Below are positions 26,346 to 32,000 of a stretch of 32,000 bases of DNA, one piece after another. The position numbers and the translations under genes were made by a program. The stretch lies in assembly GCA_031316235.1 (NCBI GenBank), contig JALDRA010000001.1, positions 1,380,001-1,412,000 of the forward strand, written 5' to 3'. Below the pieces are notes generated by a model. It saw only the letters and a list, made by a program, of their open reading frames with translations. It was not told the DNA's origin and searched no databases. The DNA is from Candidatus Scalindua sp. (lineage in GTDB: Bacteria; Planctomycetota; Brocadiia; Brocadiales; Scalinduaceae). Each line of letters starts with the position of its first letter. The stretch's first letter is position 1.

Positions 26346-26497
26346 GCCGCCATATCGAGATTCTCCCATAAGGAACTTTCACCCTATTAGTTCACATACA
26401 TGCTGGGCGTACACAATGCTAAATCAGCCGACACAAAAAGCCGAACGGCTGATTAAAAACGTAATGAGTCAACAGAATCAAGAATTGGAGTAGAAGT

Positions 26498-26830
26498 ATG
26501 GCGTGGGTTTATTTGGTAGTGGCTGGTTTGTTTGAGTGCGGGTGGGCAATTGGACTCAAACATACTGATGGTTTTATAAAACTTATCCCGTCGCTTCTGA
26601 CCATCATAGCTATGGCCATTAGCTTTTTGTTGCTGTCGGCTGCCATGAAAACAATTCCAGTAGGTACAGCATATGCTGTGTGGACAGGTATTGGGTCTGT
26701 AGGAGTAGCAATACTGGGTATGCTTCTATTGGGCGAATCAAGGGACATCATGAGAGTAATTTGTTTGCTTCTCATCGTATCCGGAATAGTAGGGCTTAAA
26801 TTGGTTTCATCATCACAAGCGGCCTCATAA
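26498..26830 (+). CDS. sugE: SMR-family guanidinium / quaternary ammonium exporter SugE (Gdx)
   Basis: The sequence is collinear with E. coli SugE throughout. Examples are [42 protein letters not shown] and LLGES. The membrane Glu in FECGW is present. Confidence 0.9.
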   Translation: MAWVYLVVAGLFECGWAIGLKHTDGFIKLIPSLLTIIAMAISFLLLSAAMKTIPVGTAYAVWTGIGSVGVAILGMLLLGESRDIMRVICLLLIVSGIVGLKLVSSSQAAS

Positions 26831-26883
26831 GCTATATGAGAAAACAATACTTTAAAGCCATTGGCAGTTTCAGCGGTAGTTGA

Positions 26884-27007
26884 AGTAGTTGAACCAACTA
26901 CCCAGGTACAAGGCGCGTAATAATTTCAGAACCAGAGCGTACTCAAGTACGTGAGGATTACGGAATTCTTACCGCAACGCTGTCGATGGGCAGTTGGTTC
27001 AACTACT
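26884..27007. repeat. Long-range 20-bp inverted repeat pair enclosing about 84 nt between the convergent sugE and yidD genes
   Basis: agtagttgaaccaactaccc (26884-26903) pairs with gggcagttggttcaactact (26988-27007) with one mismatch. The left arm is preceded by a tandem gtagttgaa repeat. The right arm overlaps the yidD stop. Confidence 0.7.
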
Positions 27008-27233
27008 ACTTGACAGGATCATATCCCGACCCACCAAAGGGATTACATCTGAGGATCCTCCAGATACCTTTTAATATCCCAACAAAAACCCCTCTTTTTT
27101 CAATTGCGTCAATTGTGTACTGTGAACATGAAGGACTAAACCGGCATGAGGGATTAAACAGGTGTGACAAAACCACCTGATATGCTTGTATTGCTTTAAT
27201 GAGAAGACATTTCATTTTTGAGTTTCTTATCAA
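27006..27233 (-). CDS. yidD: Membrane protein insertion efficiency factor YidD
   Basis: The signature is CRFSPSCSQYTIDAIEKRG...RILRCNPFGGSGYDPV. The gene overlaps rnpA by 38 nt. Confidence 0.9.
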   Translation of the reverse strand: MIRNSKMKCLLIKAIQAYQVVLSHLFNPSCRFSPSCSQYTIDAIEKRGVFVGILKGIWRILRCNPFGGSGYDPVK

Positions 27234-27564
27234 TCTGTATCATGAGATTCTTAAACTTTTCTTCAATGGATTTCAATGCAAGGTCAGAAAAACCTGATCT
27301 CGGAATTATTATCATGTCTACACCTCTATGAAATAACTGTTTATTTAATCTATACGCCTCTCGAAAGATCCGTTTAAGGCGGTTTCGCTTTACCGCATTA
27401 CCGAATTTTCTCCCCACCGTAATACCCAACCGGGAAACTTCGCTGTTATTCAACAATGCGTATACGATAATCTGATCGTTTTTAAAGACTTTTCCGTCAT
27501 GAAAGACCTTTTGAAATTCTTTTCTTTTTCGAAGCCGTTCTTTCCTGCTGAACCGATAATCCAT
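27196..27564 (-). CDS. rnpA: Ribonuclease P protein component
   Basis: The RNR motif region is GNAVKRNRLKRIFREAY. The N-terminus LRKRKEFQKVF and the size of 122 aa also fit. Confidence 0.9.
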   Translation of the reverse strand: MDYRFSRKERLRKRKEFQKVFHDGKVFKNDQIIVYALLNNSEVSRLGITVGRKFGNAVKRNRLKRIFREAYRLNKQLFHRGVDMIIIPRSGFSDLALKSIEEKFKNLMIQIDKKLKNEMSSH

Positions 27565-27646
27565 TGCCTAAATCGTAATGTTTTTCGCTCATTTATTCAA
27601 GGGGAAATACATTTTTGATAACGGTATTGGTGATTTTGCATTTTCC

Positions 27647-27674
27647 TTGACAGCATATTCTATATTGTTAGAAT
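27647..27674 (+). promoter_or_regulatory. Candidate sigma-70 promoter for lysS
   Basis: The site reads TTGACA (27647-27652), a 16-nt spacer, then TAGAAT (27669-27674). It lies about 65 nt upstream of the GTG start. Confidence 0.45.
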
Positions 27675-27740
27675 AACCAAGTTTGCAAGGTTTATGAGAG
27701 ATGGTTACAATATCTTGATAGTTAAGGTTTCGGGGATAGA

Positions 27741-29171
27741 GTGGAAACATTTTTAGAGAATAGAATTGAAAAGGCAGATAAACTCAGGGAGAAGGGACTT
27801 GATCCCTACGGTGAGCGTTTCAATCATACCGTCGCCTTGAAGCAGGTTGCCGACAATTTTTCAGAGGATAGAGAAAGCGAGAAGGTCCGGTGTGCCGGGC
27901 GTATCGCAACAATGAGGCCCCATGGCAAGGCTGCATTTTTTCACATTAAAGACTGGACAGGCAAGCTTCAGGTTTATATAAAGCTTGATAGAATTGGAAA
28001 AGAGAAGTTTGAGATCTTTCAGCTCTTAGACCTTGGAGATATCATTGGTGTTGAAGGTGAAGTATTCAAGACGAGAACCGGTGAGATTACTGTTTTTGCA
28101 GACGATATTATTGTTCTTTCAAAGGCACTCCTGCCACCACCTGAAAAATGGCACGGTTTAAAGGATATAGAGACAAGGTACAGACAGCGTTACCTGGATC
28201 TTTTGTCTAATGACAAGGTCATGGATGTTTTTTTAAAGAGATCAAACATAATACGATTGATCAGAAATTTTCTTGATGACAAAAAATTTATTGAAGTTGA
28301 CACACCAATGATGCAGCCGATACCAGGCGGTGCGGAAGCAAGACCTTTTATCACGCATCACAATGTCCTGGACATGGATCTCTATTTGAGGATCGCACCG
28401 GAACTCTATTTAAAGAGACTGCTTGTTGGAGGCATGGAACGGATTTATGAAATTAATCGCAACTTCCGCAATGAGGGCATTTCAACGCGACACAATCCAG
28501 AATTTACGATGATAGAACTCTACCAGGCATATAGTGATTACGAAGGCATGATGGAATTAACAGAGAGCCTGGTTACGTCGTTGGTAAAAGAGCTGTTTGA
28601 CAAGTTTGAGATCAGCTACGGTAACAATATTCTGGATATGACACCCCCTTGGCGTAAAAGTACCTTTTCTGAGCTTTTAGTCGAATATGCATCAGTTGAG
28701 CTGTCAGATGAAGAAGGGCTGAGAAAAAAAGGTCTTGAGTTAGGGATTACCGTTGAAGGAGTACATAAAGACATGATCGCCCAGGAAATCTTTGAACATA
28801 CTGTTGAAAAAAATTTATGGAATCCTACATTTGTGCTTGATTATCCAGTCAGTATCTGTCCGTTGACAAAATCTTGCCCTGATAATCCAGACCTGGCTCA
28901 AAGATTCGAACTGTATATGGCTACGATGGAAATTGCCAATTCGTATTCCGAGTTAAACGAACCCATCGAACAGAGTAAGAGATTTCATGAACAGGCAGAA
29001 GGAGGGGATTCAAAAAAAAAGATAGACGAAGATTTTCTGGAGTCACTTAAATATGGAATGCCCCCTGCCGGCGGGTTAGGTATTGGTATTGACAGGCTGG
29101 TTATGATATTAACAAACAGCCCCTCCATTCGAGACGTCATCTTATTTCCGTTGTTGCGCAGACAACAGTAA
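27741..29171 (+). CDS. lysS: Lysine--tRNA ligase, class II
   Basis: The N-terminal OB anticodon-binding domain (VRCAGRIATMRPHGKAAFFHIKD) is followed by the class II motifs FRNEG and GGLGIGIDRLVMIL. The GTG start follows a GGGGA site, and an in-frame stop lies just upstream. Confidence 0.95.
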   Translation: METFLENRIEKADKLREKGLDPYGERFNHTVALKQVADNFSEDRESEKVRCAGRIATMRPHGKAAFFHIKDWTGKLQVYIKLDRIGKEKFEIFQLLDLGDIIGVEGEVFKTRTGEITVFADDIIVLSKALLPPPEKWHGLKDIETRYRQRYLDLLSNDKVMDVFLKRSNIIRLIRNFLDDKKFIEVDTPMMQPIPGGAEARPFITHHNVLDMDLYLRIAPELYLKRLLVGGMERIYEINRNFRNEGISTRHNPEFTMIELYQAYSDYEGMMELTESLVTSLVKELFDKFEISYGNNILDMTPPWRKSTFSELLVEYASVELSDEEGLRKKGLELGITVEGVHKDMIAQEIFEHTVEKNLWNPTFVLDYPVSICPLTKSCPDNPDLAQRFELYMATMEIANSYSELNEPIEQSKRFHEQAEGGDSKKKIDEDFLESLKYGMPPAGGLGIGIDRLVMILTNSPSIRDVILFPLLRRQQ

Positions 29172-29401
29172 GAATACATTCGCTCTGCTCACTATTTCCG
29201 TAATGAACGTGGCTGCCGGGAGTTGAAAAACAAAGGGGGATCGAGAATACAGGTTGCAGGAACAATGAAATAATGCCTTTCCCCCCGGAATAAGTCATAA
29301 CCTTCACTGGGAACAGAAGCTGAAGGTGACTAATCAGGTATTTGCAAATGCCTGGTTCAAGCAGGGTGTGTAAATAATTAGGCTAAGAGCGTTTTTAAGT
29401 G

Positions 29402-30118
29402 ATGAGAGAAACCAGTGAAAATATAATACTCAGCGCAAAAGATATATACAAGGAATACCTGATAGGAAAGACCCTTCTCAAGGTACTGAATGGCATAAAT
29501 CTAGACATAAAAGAGGGTGAGGTTGTAATCATTCTGGGGGCTTCTGGTGCAGGCAAAAGTACGCTCCTTCATACATTGGGTATGCTGGATACACCAACTT
29601 CCGGTTCTATCTATTTTAAAGGACAGAATCTGAGTATCGCCAAACAAAGTGAACTGGCCGCTAAACGTAACAGGGTCTTTGGTTTCGTTTTTCAGTTTTA
29701 CTATCTCTTGCCGGACTTCACTGCCCTGGAAAACGTTCTGATGCCATGCCTTATCGGCCAAAGTCTATACAAGGCGAAATCAAAGAAGGAGAATACTGAA
29801 AAGGCTGTTGGGCTTTTACAGCGTGTTGGTTTGGGTAACAGGATACACCACAGGCCAGACGAACTTTCAGGCGGGGAAAAACAGAGGGTTGCAATCGTGA
29901 GAGCCTTAATAAACGATCCTGAAATACTCTTATGTGATGAACCAACCGGTAATCTCGATACACATACGGGAAGAGAAATTCAGGAATTGATATGGGAATT
30001 AAATGATCGGACGAAGCAAACGGTGGTAATAGTCACACATGATGAAAGGTTTGCGAAAGCAACAGAGTGTGTAGTGAGAATTGCTGATGGAAAAATTGTC
30101 AATTGTGCTAGGAATTGA
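29402..30118 (+). CDS. ABC transporter ATP-binding protein, LolD/MacB/FtsE-like subfamily
   Basis: Walker A is GASGAGKST, the signature is LSGGEKQRVAIVRAL and Walker B is LLCDEPTGNLD. No cognate permease gene is adjacent in this window. Confidence 0.8.
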   Translation: MRETSENIILSAKDIYKEYLIGKTLLKVLNGINLDIKEGEVVIILGASGAGKSTLLHTLGMLDTPTSGSIYFKGQNLSIAKQSELAAKRNRVFGFVFQFYYLLPDFTALENVLMPCLIGQSLYKAKSKKENTEKAVGLLQRVGLGNRIHHRPDELSGGEKQRVAIVRALINDPEILLCDEPTGNLDTHTGREIQELIWELNDRTKQTVVIVTHDERFAKATECVVRIADGKIVNCARN

Positions 30119-30133
30119 AAGGAGCAGTTGTAG

Positions 30134-31003
30134 ATGGGACTGAAAGTGTATATCAATGGGAAGTTCTACCCGAAGGAAGATGCTAAAATATCTGTTTTTG
30201 ACCATGGGTTCTTGTATGGTGACGGTGTTTTTGAAGGAATTAGATGCTATAATGGTCACATCTTTAAACTTAACCAGCACATCGATAGACTTTACAATTC
30301 CGCTAAAGCAATTGCCTTAAATATCCCGATTACCAAGGATGAGATGAAGGAAGATGTGAAGGCTACTCTTGAGACCAATAATTTACATGAGGATTCTTAT
30401 ATCAGATTGATAGTAACACGAGGGATTGGTAAGCTTGGGCTCGATCCGTTTAACTGTTCTAAAGCACAGATAATCATCATAACAGACTTTATTGAGCTTT
30501 ACTCAAAAGAGCTCTATGAAAAAGGATTGGATGCGATAGTCGTTCCTACAATTCGTAACCATTCTGAAGCGCTCAATCCCAAGATAAAGTCACTGAATTA
30601 TCTCAACAATATTATGGCGAAAATTGAGTGCATTAATGCAGGGGCAGCTGAAGGCATTATGCTAAATAAAGACGGGTATGTAGCTGAAGGAACCGGAGAC
30701 AACATCTTCTTAATAAAAGGTAACACAATTATTACACCTCCTACGTGCGCAGGCATCCTCGTAGGTATCACCAGAAATACTGTTATTGAGTTGGCTGCAA
30801 AGGAAGGTATGGTGGTAAAAGAAGAGCAGATTACCCGATACGATCTCTATGTTGCTGATGAGTGCTTTTTGACTGGTACTGCTGTTAGCATCATCCCTGT
30901 AGTGAAGATAGATGGAAGAGTGATCGCTTCCGGTCAACCTGGTAACATTACCCTTAACCTGTTAAAGAGATATCAGGAACTCACGAAACAACCCTCAGAT
31001 TAA
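30134..31003 (+). CDS. ilvE: Class IV (fold type IV) aminotransferase, probably the branched-chain amino acid aminotransferase
   Basis: The motifs are FDHGFLYGDGVFEGIRCY, the PLP-lysine context KIKSLNYLNNIMAK and ECFLTGTA. D-amino-acid aminotransferase cannot be excluded. Confidence 0.65.
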   Translation: MGLKVYINGKFYPKEDAKISVFDHGFLYGDGVFEGIRCYNGHIFKLNQHIDRLYNSAKAIALNIPITKDEMKEDVKATLETNNLHEDSYIRLIVTRGIGKLGLDPFNCSKAQIIIITDFIELYSKELYEKGLDAIVVPTIRNHSEALNPKIKSLNYLNNIMAKIECINAGAAEGIMLNKDGYVAEGTGDNIFLIKGNTIITPPTCAGILVGITRNTVIELAAKEGMVVKEEQITRYDLYVADECFLTGTAVSIIPVVKIDGRVIASGQPGNITLNLLKRYQELTKQPSD

Positions 31004-31434
31004 GCAGTTTTCTTCTGCTCTTTACGAAAGAGTGTTTCCCACACAAGCAGTCCTACACCTATACAGATAAAAGAGTCTGCAAAGTTAAAGGTTGGCCAAT
31101 GGTACCACCTGCCAGCATGAACATCGATAAAATCTCTTACATGGTGGTAAAAAAGCCTGTCCCATAGATTACCTACTGCTCCGGAGAGTATCAATCCAAA
31201 AGCAATATTGGTAGAAAATCCAGACTTGTAAAAGGAGTGGTAAAACCAGAAAATAGTTGCAATAGCAACAAAAGAGAGGATGATGAAAATACGGTTATTT
31301 CCTTGAGCCAGACCAAACACAATACCCTCGTTTTCACTACAGATAATACCGAGAACGTTTGGTATTATGGCTATATACCCTGCCTCTTCAAATTTTTCAA
31401 AGACAAATCGTTTCGTTAAAAGATCAAGCAGCAC
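31000..31434 (-). CDS. lspA: Lipoprotein signal peptidase II; the true start is probably upstream of the track start
   Basis: The motifs are FNFADSFICIGVGLL and LGNLWDRL. The track's GTG start removes TM1. The frame stays open upstream (…RKRKLANLRVSRDTGIFLLVTVCGVLLDLLTK), and only non-ATG candidates exist there, for example CTG at 31494. Confidence 0.85.
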   Translation of the reverse strand: MLLDLLTKRFVFEKFEEAGYIAIIPNVLGIICSENEGIVFGLAQGNNRIFIILSFVAIATIFWFYHSFYKSGFSTNIAFGLILSGAVGNLWDRLFYHHVRDFIDVHAGRWYHWPTFNFADSFICIGVGLLVWETLFRKEQKKTA

Positions 31435-31480
31435 ACCACAGACTGTAACAAGCAGAAATATTCCGGTATCCCTGGAAACC

Positions 31481-31861
31481 CTAAGATTCGCCAGCTTCCT
31501 CTTCCTCCTTCCGCTGGCAATCTATGCAGCACTTAACATAAGGGAGCGCTTGAAGACGCACTTTAGAAATCTTTTTTTCACACTCTACACAGATCCCATA
31601 TGTTTTATTCGCCATCCTTGCCAGGGCCTCATCAATAGCCCGCAGCTCTTCTTCACTATTTTGAATCAAACCAATAGTCAGATCGCGATCGTAGTTATCT
31701 GTTCCAACATCTGCCATATGAATGGGCACATGAGAAAGATCACCGGAATCATGACCAGATTTCCTTAGTGCCTCATTCTCCATAAAAGTTACATTGCCAA
31801 CAAGCTTTTCTCGGATTGCCAAGAGAGTTTTTTTAAACTGCGCTAACTCTGATACCTTCAA
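31481..31861 (-). CDS. DksA/TraR-family C4 zinc-finger protein
   Basis: A coiled-coil N-terminus is followed by CVECEKKISKVRLQALPYVKCCIDC. Confidence 0.8.
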   Translation of the reverse strand: MKVSELAQFKKTLLAIREKLVGNVTFMENEALRKSGHDSGDLSHVPIHMADVGTDNYDRDLTIGLIQNSEEELRAIDEALARMANKTYGICVECEKKISKVRLQALPYVKCCIDCQRKEEEEAGES

Positions 31862-32000
31862 GGTGTCCCCTTTGTTTTCTTTTTTTCAATGTAATAACGA
31901 CGATAGCATCTTAAATCTTCAAAAATCAATTACTGGAATTTATACTCTGCTCAAAGGCGAATGAGCGTTGAATATAACGAATAAAAAAAAGAAAGTCAAG

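Noticed and set aside
26346-26497. A guanidine-I, -II or -III riboswitch upstream of sugE
   Set aside because: It is expected from established knowledge, but I could not find the conserved cores or the paired ACGR tetraloops. I report it only as an unexplained leader.
26986-27180. A 64-aa plus-strand ORF
   Set aside because: It is antisense to yidD and begins inside the inverted-repeat arm.
27565-27740. rpmH (ribosomal protein L34) upstream of rnpA
   Set aside because: No minus-strand frame encodes an MKRT(F/Y)QPS-type peptide. Only an 8-codon ORF (MSEKHYDL) is present.
29340-29372. A T-loop-like sequence, cctGGTTCAAGcagg, suggesting a tRNA
   Set aside because: No acceptor stem, D-arm or properly spaced anticodon arm can be built around it. 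The neighbouring hairpin uses the same bases.
1-32000. CRISPR arrays, rRNA or tRNA genes, transposases, integrases or phage genes
   Set aside because: No regularly spaced short direct repeats were found, and no recognisable RNA-gene hallmarks or mobile-element enzymes appear in any frame.

Overview
The window is a gene-dense chromosomal segment, roughly low-40s %GC by eye, from a diderm-type bacterium. It carries lipid A genes (lpxD, lpxI), a LolD-like ATPase, lspA and a sigma-54 activator. I support 26 protein-coding genes. One of them, a truncated AMP-dependent ligase at the left edge, is missing from the ORF track. Most genes are housekeeping: gltB/gltD, lysS, rnpA/yidD, ppa, ilvE, lspA and a dksA-family gene. 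I recognised no rRNA, tRNA, CRISPR array, transposase or integrase. A Planctomycetota or anammox-like origin is only a guess from composition and gene style. The observations most worth a second look are these. (1) A 117-bp repeat family with terminal inverted repeats has three full copies and one fragment. One full copy sits in frame inside the AMP-ligase CDS, which resembles the Rickettsia palindromic element situation. (2) A single ORF fuses a TusE/DsrC-like sulfur-relay domain to a NifS/IscS-type cysteine desulfurase. It lies next to a DUF169 gene, a PAS-GAF hybrid histidine kinase, a cytoplasmic NarB/NasA-like molybdoenzyme and a secreted OB-fold protein. (3) A GC-enriched, stop-poor stretch of about 210 nt (6104-6313) in a 690-bp intergenic gap shows nested helices with G.U pairs. 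I could not assign it to any RNA family. (4) A dedicated ACP, an acyl-AMP ligase and a sensor-less sigma-54 activator are co-oriented with lpxD-lpxI. (5) A second family of paralogous segments of about 115-130 bp lies upstream of two exporter genes. (6) Several start-codon and overlap anomalies occur (lpxI, lspA). All functional assignments come from motif recognition by eye, and no database search was run.
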